A DNA stretch of 63,550 nt, the filler included, from Hyphochytrium catenoides (Eukaryota > Protista > Hyphochytriomycota): NCBI GenBank assembly GCA_900088475.1. It is 10 parts of 10 records of this genome, joined end to end, with 100 filler letters (N's around TTAATTAATTAA, not from the genome) between each part and the next. Parts side by side here need not be neighbours in the genome. Positions count along the whole stretch, not along the records: positions 41,465 to 44,896 come from FLMG01001572.1; positions 44,997 to 51,529 come from FLMG01000101.1; positions 51,630 to 63,550 come from FLMG01004491.1; 7 more parts are not named here. One strand, given 5' to 3'. How positions within the stretch are numbered: position 1 is the first letter of the stretch; each line of letters starts with the position of its first letter. The notes below the pieces were generated by a model. The model was given only the letters and a program-made list of their open reading frames with translations. It did not search any database and was not told the origin of the DNA. Position numbers and translations under genes: made by a program. Of this stretch, positions 41,710 through 54,242 are shown piece by piece.

Positions 41710-44700
41710 TTAGCTGCTCATAGAAATTGTCGCAGAAAGGATCTCACCGGCACGGGCTCGGCGGTCCATTCCCCAAACGAAAACACAAGTGGCATTCACC
41801 AGCAATATCTGTTGCCTGCTGGACTGTGTAAGCCAGGAAGCAAACTTTTCAGGCGTAGGAAGCCCTGAGTCATGAAAGCCAAGGTCTTGAATGAACTCGC
41901 TCGCATCAAAGAACAGGTTTGCGTGCCGATAGACAAACCAGGCAACAGGCAAAATCACATCTTTACCACCAGAATCGCAGAGTTGGCGATTACCAAACGC
42001 ACCTTCAGCGAAGTGAAAGTACTCACTCTTGTCCTCCCCAATTTGCGGAAGGCTACAGATAAAACAATGGCCTTTCCCCCTGAACTTGATCTCCACAGAA
42101 CAGCCGCGCGTTGTATGGCCTCGATCCAGACATCGGAGGCACAAATCTAGCGTTTGATCTCCTATACCAAATAGCTGTTTACATCGACCTATATTGTGAG
42201 CTGCTAAGCTTCCTTGAAGGCCTAAGACATAGCATATAGGGCAGGGGGAGTCATGACGAAAGATGTATAGGTAACCCTTAAGCCGATCCCTAAACGATCT
42301 TTGGTACTGAGCATGACGGCGCGCCAATCGTGCCATGATTTGGGATGGCGTGTTAGCAGAAAGCACTGTCTTCTGCTTCTTGAAAGGTGACTGAGCATCA
42401 GCTTCAGGGTCATTGAGACCCGACGAAGATGCGCCAGAGATTGACGCGTTGGCGGGCTGGCAGGTGGCGGCCTCACATACCCAACATTTCTCGACCCCTG
42501 GCCAGACGGATGTCTCTAGTATGCAGGTACTGCCATGACCGTCGAGAAAAGCCTGAAGTCGTTGTCTCATGCAGCTCTGGCAATCCAATACGAGATCCTT
42601 GAAGCTCAATGCGTCATCCACTTTGTTCTTGATGCCACCTCTTTTCATCAACTGGACGAAATCCTGGATGACCTCTTCAGTGGTAACTAAGATTGCCTTT
42701 GCCGGTAACCCATCTCTCCCAGCTCTCCCACTTTCTTGCGCGTAGTCAATCACAGAGTGTGAAAACCCATAATGTATAACGGCGCGGACCTACAGAATGA
42801 AGGGCAACATGACGTTTGTTAGGTGAGGCTGCAAGTCATACTCAAAAGCAGGGCTCAATACGTTATGCTCGCTGGCCAACCTTTGCAAAGTCTACTCCGG
42901 CGCCAAAAGCCGACGTTGCGACCATCACACCGCCAACACTCTCTCTCCAGCAGCGAAACGATGCCAACTTCTCTTCCTCCGACATGCCGTAGAACATGGA
43001 GACGTTGATAGTGAATGAGGTGTCTCCTTGGATGAACGCGCCCGCCGATTCAAGTCCAGCACAGACGGCGTTGACAATTCTTATCTCGGGACAAAAGACT
43101 ATTACTCTGTCATCTTCGGACGCTTTCTCCAGACACCTCACTGCTTGTTGTATGACACTTGGTAGTACGTCATCCTTGCCTGCGACGTGAAGGACAGAAT
43201 ACCCAATGTTCCGTCGTGATGTCCCAGTCCGAATCACCGAGAATCTCCTGTTCATGTATCTACTAGCTATCTTCTCCAATGACTTCGGCAGGGTAGCCGT
43301 GAGAGCAAGAATGGGGCAGGAGTACACCGTCATCCCCCTGAGATTCTCCATGACAGGTCTATAGTCACTGGCGGTTAGTGCTAAGTGAAACTCATCAAAC
43401 ACTATGCGTGAGAGGCTTTCGTCGTTGTCCATTGTTGCGAGGAGAGTGGTGAATGTCTCACTAACCGCTTGCTCTGCAGATACCAGAATCAAAGATGGAG
43501 CCTTTTTCAATACCTTCTGCGGATCACTTTCGGGTCCCCACGCCTCACAAGAAAGTTTGGCGTCGTCGCATCGGCGTCGAAGGTCATTCTTGAGTGAAAC
43601 TAAAGGAACTATGACCACGGTGGTCTTCGCTTTCCTATTAGTTTCCATGAACGCTGCCAACATAAAGAGAAGGCTTTTGCCTCCGCCGGTCGGCAGAACA
43701 ACAAGCAAGTCACTATTGCGTTCTAATACTTGTCCCACCGACTACGCCTGAAGCTCTGATTTGAAGAACGCGCCATTGCCAGGTGTTGACGGCAGAAAGT
43801 CCTTGAGAGCATCTGGTATCGTTGGCAATAACGACATTGAATCCTTCACTACATAGTTGAGCTCTGGGCAGAAGACGGTAACCTCATCAACAAAGTACAA
43901 AGGTGAAAACATGTAAGCGTGCACTTACCAGTTGGAAAGTCAAGGCTCCGAGGATAGATGTGAACTGTTTCTTTAATGTGAACTTCTCTCAAGGTCTGTT
44001 CTTCGCGGCTCCCCTCTCCTAAAGGCATTCTGCTTCCAACGCGGACTTGCGGGTGATGAGCCTCTTGAGCACGCATAATGAGGTTTTGCCAAGCTATCGA
44101 GCAGCGGTGAAAAACCTCTCTCTTGTCACTCCCAAGAAGGCGCAAGTAGGAACTCGTCAGTCGCGCGTACTTGTCACCAGCTGTTCTTGACGAATGTCCC
44201 ATCTGTTGATCGTAAATAGCTTGAATCGACTTCTTTGCCGCCTCAGCCTCGTCACCAAGATGAGCATTCGTAAACGCCTTCACGGCATGCCGGTACTGGT
44301 TGAAAGTCATTCTCAGCTGGTATTTTAGACAGTACGTGGTGAACACTCTTCTGATCTCCTCCGCAGAGGCGCGTCGCTGTCCTCTGACAAACAGGAAGTC
44401 TTTGTAGAGATTGCTCACGCTAGTATTGTACAGCTTCTTTGCAACAAGCCTGTGTGAAACGATTGAACAGTAAGTTGTCGTCCTTATTCCAGCGCATTGT
44501 GGCGAGATTGGGAAACCATTGCGCTTACCTCTCAAAGGGTTTCACGAGACACAGATAGTTTAGGAGGAGCTTTGCGACAGGCTTAGGTAAAAAGCGGGCG
44601 ATCGCAGAGTCGTGGCCAGTTAACGAAGAAGTTTTGCTGTATTGCTGAACGATCATAAAAGTGTCCTGGCATATGAAGACGTTGCGGAGGCCACTGCGAG

Positions 44701-44896
44701 AATTGGTCAGCATATATTCCCTTAACTCAGTGGCTCGCGCTGGCTGTCCACTGGTAAGATGAACAAGGACCAGGAGAACATTAACGAATTCAGCAACCTT
44801 CTCGGCCCATAACGAAAGCTCCGCCTTGTTCCACTGGCGTCTTCCAGTCAAAGGATGGATGAGAAGAAAGGTTCTCGGTGGGTCACGTGACGCGAG
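41710..44896 (-). mobile_element. Tyrosine-recombinase + RecQ-like SF2 helicase + Cys/His zinc-motif fusion gene (telomere-linked-helicase-like); 5' end lost in gap; one in-frame TAG
   Basis: Introns 44528-44450, 43928-43864 and 42880-42790 splice in frame. YR residues: SGQPARATE (R), QYSK (K), QYRH (R), QMGHS (H), DKY (Y). Helicase motifs: LPTGGGKS, VPLVSL, DEFH, LTAT, ATSAFGAGVD, QESGRAGRDG, RQC-like CMR..CWVC. C-terminal CPIC..H..C, CLRC...GH....C and CFIC. Confidence 0.85.
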
Positions 44897-46378
44897 NNNN
44901 NNNNNNNNNNNNNNNNNNNNNNNNNNNNNNNNNNNNNNNNTTAATTAATTAANNNNNNNNNNNNNNNNNNNNNNNNNNNNNNNNNNNNNNNNNNNNAGAG
45001 AGAGAGAGAGAGATTTGACAAAACAGAGAGGGACTAGACAAAGGGAGAGAGAAGGCTTGAAAGCAAGTGAGAATGCCTTGTTCTACCAGGTGAGCGTTGT
45101 GGAGAGGAGAAGAGAGAGCTTGTGGGCGTAAGGACAATGAAGAGAAAGAGAGAGACGCAGACAGACGAATAGCTACAGTAAACGAGAGAGAGAGAAAGTA
45201 TTAGGAGGAATCAGCGTGAGACCTTTGATGGCGAATGTAAAGTGAAGCCGTCATAAAAGAAGATTGACCAGACCGCAGAAACTAACCTAAAAAAGGACAG
45301 AGAGAGAGAGAGAGAAGAGAGAATGAGAGAGAGAGAGAAGAGAGAGAGAGAAAGACAGANNNNNNNNNNNNNNNNNNNNNNNNNNNNNNNNNNNNNNNNN
45401 NNNNNNNNAGAGAGAGAGAGAGAGAGGAAGAATTACGCTGTCTCTCGCCTTATTTGCCTTCTTTCCCTTTCTCTCCTTCCAACGCAGAATATCTATATCC
45501 TCTCCATCTGTTATCTCTCATTCCTGTCCTCCTCTTTTATCCTTCTACTCACGATCTGTGTCCCTGTCTCAATCTCTGTCTCTCTGTGTCCCACTCTGTC
45601 TTCTCAGTTGAAGATGCTAGAAAATTGTTGTTGGTTCTTTTCTTCTTCTGATGGCACAAAGACAAGGAACAAAGGAAGGACACAGCAACACCAACGGCAC
45701 GAGACAGAGTCAGGTAGAGATAGATCATGATGATAGACAGATTCAGAGAAATGTATTAGTAGAGGAACATGGGATATTGACACGCGTAGAGATAGAGTCT
45801 GTGAGAGATATTTACCGGGGACACAATGGACAAAGACTGCAAATCGTCAAGCCGCAAACCGCTATCTAAATTTGTCTAATCCTTGTTTAGTATCTGAGAC
45901 CCTGTCTTTATTATGAAGCAGCAGCTGAGAAGGAGCCAAAAAGCGTCCTTACATGTACAAAGGAGATATGTATGTATTCCGAATAAGGACGCCACCGTAT
46001 TTTCTGGTTTATTCCCCAATATTCGTGTCTAAGGGACAAGCTTCGGTGCAAATTGTTTTGCAATCGTTACAACCCAGCTGATACCTTTCCTTATTATGGC
46101 AATAAAAGCACTATCCTCATCCCCTAAAACAAAAATGAGGAGAGCCCTCGGAAAAACTGGCCTATTTCGGGTAAGGGAAAGAGAGGGGACAGAGGGAGAG
46201 AGAAAGAGAGCGAGAGAGGACCAAGGGAGAGGACAGAGAGAGAGAGAGAGAGGACAGAGAGAGAGAGGACAGAGAGAAAGAGAGGACGAAGCGAGAGAGA
46301 GAGAGAGAGAGAGACGCAGAAGAGGAGGAAGAAAGTGAATCCGATTCTTCTACTGGAGACCAAAAGTACAACAAAGGA

Positions 46379-46428
<50 letters not shown>

Positions 46429-47351
46429 AACGAGTGATTAGAGAAGAAGAAGAGAGAGAAAGGAAGAAAATAAGTGGTGAATGAGGGAAAAAAGTCGAGG
46501 AAAAAAGAAGGAAAAAGCAGAGAAACAGTTCATAGATTATAATGATTGCAAGCTGAGAAGCTTTCTTGTTGGGAGAGAGAGGAATTCTTCTTCATTTCTC
46601 TTTCTTCTTCTCTTCTTTGCTCGTTCAGTCGATCCCTGCAGCGCTGGTGGTGTCGTCATTCATTATCAACCCAGAGAAGAAAAAAAGAAAGAAAGAGAGA
46701 TCCAAGTCTTTGGTCCTCGCCATGATGAGGGAGAAAGGAAGAGAATACATTCATATCATTCGAAGAGTAGTGCAAAACGAGGAAAAGGTAGAGAGAAACG
46801 GAGAGAGAGAGAGAAAAAACCAAAAAATAAGAGAGAGGCACAAGAAGAAAGAGAGAGGAGAAGAATGGGAGCTAAAGGGATGAAGACCGAAGAAAGGAAT
46901 CGAAAGGCACGACGAGGAAAGAGAGAAAATGGAGAAAGGAGAGAGAGGACAAAGAGAAAGGGAGAGAAGAAAGAGAGAAGATGCCCACATCATTATCGTT
47001 CTTCTCTAAGTCTTTGTTCCCCTCAAAGTGCCTCTTTTCCTGGTCCTAATATTCTGTTCCCATGTCCAGAAAGGAAGGAGCAAAAGCAGAGCCAAGACAG
47101 AGAAACACAACAAGAAGGACAAAGAGCAGAAGAGACAGAGAGGCAGAGAGACAGAGAGGCAGAGAGAAGAGAGATGGACAAGATTATTTATGGGAAGAGA
47201 AGGACTGAGTGAGTGAAAAAGAGAAAGAGGGACAGGGTGAAGAGGAGAGAGAGAGAAGACAGAGAAGACAGAGAAGACAGAACAAGGCGACAAGAGGTGC
47301 GCAGAGAAAGCGTGAATGATTAAGAGAGAGGGAGAGACAGGGTGAGAAGAG

Positions 47352-47402
<51 letters not shown>

Positions 47403-47677
47403 GAGAGCGAGAGAGAGAGCGAGAGAGCGAGCGAGCGAGAGAGGTTACCGGATGGAGGTTATAAATGGCGGACAGCGCAAACAGGACACAAGTGACCACA
47501 GACAGAAATAATGATCACATCAGTAACGGAAGTCCCAGGGGCGGTCTATGTTCAGGTAATCACGAAGTACCTGTACTGTGAATAGGTCATTAGAAATTTT
47601 TGGAGTTGAATAATTATAGGTATATTATCAGGCGGTTAGCGGTCATTGGGCGGTTATATAAGAATCCTTCCTTCGTT

Positions 47678-47753
<76 letters not shown>

Positions 47754-48017
47754 CTCTCTCTCTGTGTGTCTGTCTCTTGGTCTCTCTCTCTCTCTCTCTC
47801 TCTCCGTCTCTCTTCCCCTCAACTTGCTCGCTTCGGCAACTTATACGCTGCCTGACATCCGTTCAATCACCGCTTCCTCCTCCGGGAAGGCTTATGATGG
47901 CATCATCTCTTATCTCTCTGTTCTTCTTTGTCCTTCTGGCTCTTTCTGTCGCCTCGCCATCGTCTCTCTCTCTCCCTCTGCTGTCCCTGTGTCAACTCGT
48001 GAAGCTACTCCATTGTC

Positions 48018-48053
<36 letters not shown>

Positions 48054-48287
48054 GTCTTTTTCTCTCTCTCTCTCTCTCTCTCTTTGTGGCTCTGTACCCA
48101 AGTGAGCCACACTGATAAGCGTCCAATGGATCTTTTTGAAAGTGCTTTCTGCAAAATCTTCCGTTGGGTCGTTTCTCTCTTTCCTGATGACATTCCGCTC
48201 CGTCGTTGCCTTCTCTCCCTTTCCTTATCCACGCCTCTTTTCCCCTATAATGCGTCTCTCTTCTCGTCACGTTGTCTCTCCTTCCTT

Positions 48288-48319
<32 letters not shown>

Positions 48320-48542
48320 TGTTCTCTCTCTTTCCAGAGTAGGTCCTCGTCTTTCTCCTTTCTCTCTTATCTAAAAATTTCTTCGTGCTCAACGATCTCT
48401 TTCCTTCATTCAACAAGTTTCTTCCACAGCCAAAAGGCGGCACATTTGCTATCGTCGCTCGGCAAAAGAGAAGAGAGAGACACCAAAAGTCTTTTATCGC
48501 ATCTTCATCTCTCTCTCTTTCTCTCTTTTCTCTCTTGCCATT

Positions 48543-50622
48543 ATGGGGCAGAAAGAAGAGAAGAAGAAGACAGATCTGGAGGGCGTGGACCCGAAAGTCT
48601 CTTCTCCTTCGTCCGCTGTGGGTCCAGCACCTGAGTATGTGACGCCCAATGAGAAGAGAAAGTGCACGGACATTCTTTGTCTTCTCTTCTTCTTTCTCTT
48701 CTGGGTCGGGATGTTCATCATCGCAGGCACGAGTTTGAAGACAGGCAATCCCAAGCGGTACGTGCAGAGATAGGGGGCGCAGCAGAATTGGAGGGAGAGA
48801 GAGAGAGAGAGAGAGAGAAAAGAGTGAGAGGGAAGAAGAGAGACAAAAAGCAGAGGGAGAGAGGAAAGAAGGAGAGAGACAGAGTCTCGAGCAGAGAAAA
48901 GACGTAGAGACAAAGGGACAACGCCAGCTCCTCCCCGCCAAAGNNNNNNNNNNNNNNNNNNNNNNNNNNNNNNNNNNNNNNNNNNNNNNNNNNNNNNNNN
49001 NNNNNNNNNNNNNNNNNNNNNNNNNNNNNNNNNNNNNNNNNNNNNNNNGGGCGCACCTGCGGCGACAAGACCACGATCGACGGCGTGACTTACGATCTGG
49101 AGGCGTACAAGTACATTTATTACCCGCGCATCCAGGAAGATCTCTTCCTCGCCGCGAGAGAGAAGCAGAAAGAGAGTGACGCTTCTCTCTCTCTCTCCGA
49201 TCTCTCCGTGCCTTTCTATGGCATCTGTCTCTCTAGCTGCCCCAACCCAGGACAGTATGTCCATGCCATGGTCGACTATAGCGAAGCGTCTCCTCTCTCT
49301 CCTGACTCTGTCTCGTACGGGAAAGGAGAGAACACATCCGCAGGTTCTCCCTTTCTTGTTCCTTTGAACTCTTCCTCTCTCCTCTTCCGCTGTCTCCCCT
49401 ACGACACTGTGGAGGCCAAGGTGCTGGCACGATGTGTGGATGAGTGCACTGCAAACCGGACGACAAGCTGCGGGAAGAATGTAACGGAAAATCCGTTTCA
49501 AGAGTGCACTGGAGGCGGATCGGATCCTTGCACGAAGTGGATCAAAGAGACGCAGTGTCAGACTGTGCAAAGGGTGAGAAGCTCTCTCTCTCTCTCTCTT
49601 TCTCTCTCTTTCTTGCTCTGTCTCTCTCTTTCTTGCTCTGTCTCTCTCTTTCTCTTATCTCTGCCCGGGTTGCCTCTTCGGCAACCTGTCTCTTCTCTCT
49701 TTGTTCCTTCCTCTCCTTCTCTCTCTTCTTGTCTCTCTCTCTCTCTCTCGTTGCGCTTCACCCTATAACAATCACAGATTCTCTCTTTCTCTAGGAACTT
49801 TTCTGTCTCTATGATACTCTTTCTCTCTTGTGAGCCTCCCTCTAAATGAATCTCTCTCTCTCTCTTTTCTTCTCTCCCCTCTTTTGCTCTCTCTCTCTCT
49901 GCGTATATATATCTATACGTATATGCCCTCGTTGTCATCGTTCATCTAATTCCCTCTTTATCTTTCTCTCTCTCTGTCCAGCAAATCATCACCCTCACCA
50001 CTGCCCCAGCGCAGCCAAACTTTATCTATGAGAAACTCAACTCTGGCGCTCAGCTTGTCTCTCGCTGGATTGGAGACCTCAATCGCGCGTCTCTCCCCAT
50101 TCTCATCTGCGGTGGCCTTATCGCCCTCGTGTTAGGTTTTATCTGGGTCATTCTCCTGCAGTTCTGCGCGAAGATTATGGTCTTTCTCACTCTCTTTCTC
50201 GTCCTGGCGATGTGTCTTCTCCTTACGCTTTATTTCTCTTACTATGGAAATATGTGGCACATGGAGGATGTGCAGGAGCTTGCGATGAAGGCAAAGATTG
50301 CGCTTGATACGAGGGTAAGACTCTCTCTCTCTCCCTCTTTCTCTCTCTCTCTCTCTTTTTCTTTCTTTGTTTCTTGCTTCCTTGTCTTCTGCTTTCTCTC
50401 CCAGATCTCTCTCTCTCTTCTCCCTTAGTCTGTGTCTCTTGTTATGGCCGCGGAAGTCTCTCTTCCATCAATGTCTCTCTTTTCTCCACTTCCCCCTGTC
50501 TTTCATTCTCTCCTTTACGGCCTTTCCTCTCTCTTTCTTTAATGTCTTTCTCTTTTTGCACTTTTTCTGTTCTTCGCACTCTCATTAACTCCCTCTTTCT
50601 TTCTCTCTGCCTTTTCTCTCTT

Positions 50623-50653
<31 letters not shown>

Positions 50654-50657
50654 GTCG

Positions 50658-50692
<35 letters not shown>

Positions 50693-51529
50693 TCTGTAGC
50701 AAATGGAGCAGCTCCTAGCTGAGCGTCATGCGAGCGTGGAGGCGATCCTACACAAGGAAAACATAGAGAAATACTATCGCATTGCCGCTTACGTGATGAT
50801 CGTTGTCTCTTCTCTCCTTCTCCTCGCCATCGTAGCTCTTCGTAGTCGCATTGGCATCGCCACGGGCATCATCAGAGAGGCGGCTAAGTGCTTCAGAGCC
50901 ATGCCTTTCATATCTCTTCTCCCTCTGTTTCCCACCGTGGCGGTCGTGGGGTTGACAATCTACTTCATTTTCATTTCTGCGTACATCGCGACCTCTGCCT
51001 CTCTCTCCGTTGTGGACCTGCAGAGCACGGTCAATGAAGGAATCACGGCCGCGCAGCAGAGCGCCAATGTGCAAGGAAACCATACGCTGATACTCCCAGC
51101 ACAGGTGGATCTCTCTCTCTCTCTTTCTCTCTCTCTCACCACTCTAGTTTGAGCTTTCAAGTGTGCTCTCTTATTCTCTCTCCCTCTCTCTGCCTGTCGT
51201 GCACTCTCTCTGTCGATCTGTCTGTCGCTTTCTCTGTCCATCACTCGCCCGCACACTTTAAGGGTCGTTGCGTGTTCTCCTTTCTCTCCATTGAAAGTCT
51301 CTCTCTTTCTCTCTCGCTTTCTCTCTCTCTCTGTCTCTTTGTCTCTCCTCTTGTTCTGACACCTTAAAAGCTGTGAATCCTTGATATACTATTCCAAGAA
51401 CTCTCTCTTTCTCGCCCCGACAAGCACAATGTCTTCCTCTCTAAGGCTCTCTCTTCCCCCTCTCTCTCTCTTTCTCTCTCTCGTTCTCCAAATAGATCGC
51501 TGAGTACAAGGACAACAACGTGATGAAGT
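48543..51529 (+). CDS. SLC44: Choline transporter-like protein (CTL/SLC44), 3' part missing
   Basis: RKCTDILCLLFFFLFWVGM...GNPKR (exon 1, 48543-48757); ICLSSCP in the Cys-rich ectodomain; IGDLNRA...LGFIWVILLQ; LRSRIGIATGIIREAAK. Exons of about 49049-49572, 49982-50313, 50700-51103 and 51496 onward. Confidence 0.92.
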
Positions 51530-51879
51530 NNNNNNNNNNNNNNNNNNNNNNNNNNNNNNNNNNNNNNNNNNNNTTAATTAATTAANNNNNNNNNNNNNNN
51601 NNNNNNNNNNNNNNNNNNNNNNNNNNNNNAGAGAGAAAGAGAGAGAGAAAAGAGAGATGAGTCTCTCCACGAGAGAGAGCCCACGTCGTCCCATGTCCCC
51701 TTGTCTGCCATCCAAGATTTCTTCTCTCTATCGTACACTTGGTAGTGCTGGTGTAGGCGGGGGAGGGAGAGAGAGCGAGGGAAGGACGGGCATGCAACAG
51801 GGGGCAAGTCGAACGACTGTTTCTACTGCGAAACAGTAGTAGAAAGATGGTAGGCAAGCGCCCCCTTAGCTCTTACTGC

Positions 51880-51910
<31 letters not shown>

Positions 51911-52806
51911 NNNNNNNNNNNNNNNNNNNTCTTCTTCGTTCTTTCTTCTATCACTCTCAGGTCTGTTTGGTCCAATCTGTCTCTTCTCTCGCTTTCTCTC
52001 TCTCTCTCTACTCTTTCTTAGTCCCTTGTTTGATGACGCTTGCCGCCTAATGAGCTCTATTGGCTGGAGAGAATGTACCAATGGGTCGTTCTCTTCTCTA
52101 CCAGCTGTCCCTGGGTCTCGCGGAGCCCACTGGTAGAAAGACGCCTCTCTACGAGAGAGAGACAGAGAGAGAGAGAGAAAGAGTCTTTCTTCTCTCTCAC
52201 CGCTTTGCTGCTTCTTCACACAGCATTAGAGCTCATAAAAAACAATTGAACAGACCAGAGGGTAACTGCTGCTGCTTCTCTCCTTGGTCTCTTAATCTTA
52301 GACCACTTGTAGTTAAGAGACAGACGCAACGACGTAAAGATGTCGAAGATGTCGCTCGCTCGTTCCTCCTGCCTTTCTCTCTTTCTCTCTCTCTCTCTCT
52401 CNNNNNNNNNNNNNNNNNNNNNNNNNNNNNNNNNNNNNNNNCTCTCCTCTCTCTCTCTCTCTTTTCATCCTGTCCTCTATTAGGTGAGACACAGAACGAG
52501 AGAAAGAGAGAGAAATGTAGAGAGACAGAAAAAAGAAGAGAAGATAAACTGGAGCTGTTCAGAGTCACTAGGACTAGATAAATAGAGAGAGACAAGGTCA
52601 TAGGAAAACGCAAAGCACGAGACAGAGGAGAGAAGAGAGAAGGAAAGAGAGAGAGACATTGAGGGAAAGAGAGAGATGGTAGCTCTAGGAGAGGAATGAA
52701 GGGTCTGCCCTGATTATAAACGGCTGGTCAGGCTACGGGGACACCTACAACTCCATGTATCTTCACAAGGACTCCTTTTGTGGGATAGAGAGTCTATTCG
52801 AGGTCG

Positions 52807-52840
<34 letters not shown>

Positions 52841-52995
52841 TTGTCCATTCCTTCTATTTCTCTTTCTCTCTTTCTTATGTCGCCCGTGGTACCTCTTTTT
52901 TCTCTCACTCCCGCTGTCTACCTCTTGGTGCGATGCCGTGTGAAACTGGAAGGGAAACGGATGTTGTGCGCTGAGGATACTTGGGAAACCGAGAA

Positions 52996-53059
<64 letters not shown>

Positions 53060-53788
53060 AGAGAGAGGGAGATAGATAGAGAGAGAGAGAGAATGGGAGG
53101 AGGACGTTGAGTCTTGTCTCAAATATAGAGAGAGAGGGATAAACAGGGAACCGTTCCGCAGCCATCTCTAAGAGCACCTGGCCCCCTATCCTCCTGTCTC
53201 CCTTTCCATCTCTCTCTGTCTCTCTCTCTGTCTCTCTCTCTCTCACTGTGTTTCTTTCGCACTCTGTCTCTCGCCACAAGCAACACATTCTTCAAACTGA
53301 ATAGCACATCTGAGCGTATAGCTCCTTGAGACGCCGAAGTCACTTCGTATCCAAGCGATATCGTTGTCGTTTCTTTGGTAAATAATTTGTCTCTTTTCTC
53401 TCTCTCTCTCTCTCTTTCTATGCTATCTCTCTCCCTCTCTCTCTCCAAGTATCTCTTCTTCTGTTTGCCCGTCTCTCTCTCTCATGCTCACACCTATCTC
53501 ACAGTTGCACTTTATGGCTCCACCTGCCGCACCTAGGAAGAAAAGCGAGTGATTGAGGAGAGACAGCTGATAGGCAAGAGAACGAGAGAAGACGAGAGGA
53601 GAAAGAGGAGAAAGAGAGAAGGAAGAGACTGGACACGCAGTTCACCTCTGCTTCACTTGTCTACTTATCAAACGGAGCAACACAGGCTAAGTGTAGCACT
53701 TAGCATTAGGGGATCACTGATGAAAGTAGAGAAGGAGAAGAGAGAGCGAGAAAGACACTGACATTGAGAGGAAGAGAAGTGTTGTCAG

Positions 53789-53823
<35 letters not shown>

Positions 53824-54242
53824 CGAAAGCACATCATCATCCGGCATTTCTCAACGCATGCGGGCAGTTGTAGTGCTCACGTCTTTTTCTTCTGCTCTTG
53901 CAGTAGGAGCATCGTTGAGCTGCTAGTCTGAGGCATCAACATCGTGCGGCTCTTCTTTCTCTCTCTCTCTCTCTCTCAGGTCACCTTTTTTCTTTCTTTC
54001 TCTGCGTCTATCAGTTCTCTCTCGTCATTTGTCTAGCTACTGGACGGCTCCGAGGCGCAAATTGTCTCTCGTCAGTGTAGAGAAAGCCTCAACCTTTGGA
54101 CCTGATCACTGAGGAAGGTTTTCCCTAGGGCATTGGTCCTTTACTATCCTCTTTCCTTTCTCTTCCTCTCTCTCTCTCTCTCTNNNNNNNNNNNNNNNNN
54201 NNNNNNNNNNNNNNNNNNNNNNNNNNNNNNNNTCGTTCCCAA

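Noticed and set aside
43742-43744. Alternative genetic code (TAG read as Gln)
   Set aside because: Host genes ending at 2996, 5285, 17901, 27695 and 33508 terminate with TAG at the expected C-termini.
44997-47900. Possible minus-strand exons upstream of the CTL gene
   Set aside because: The candidate GT-AG segments gave no recognisable protein.
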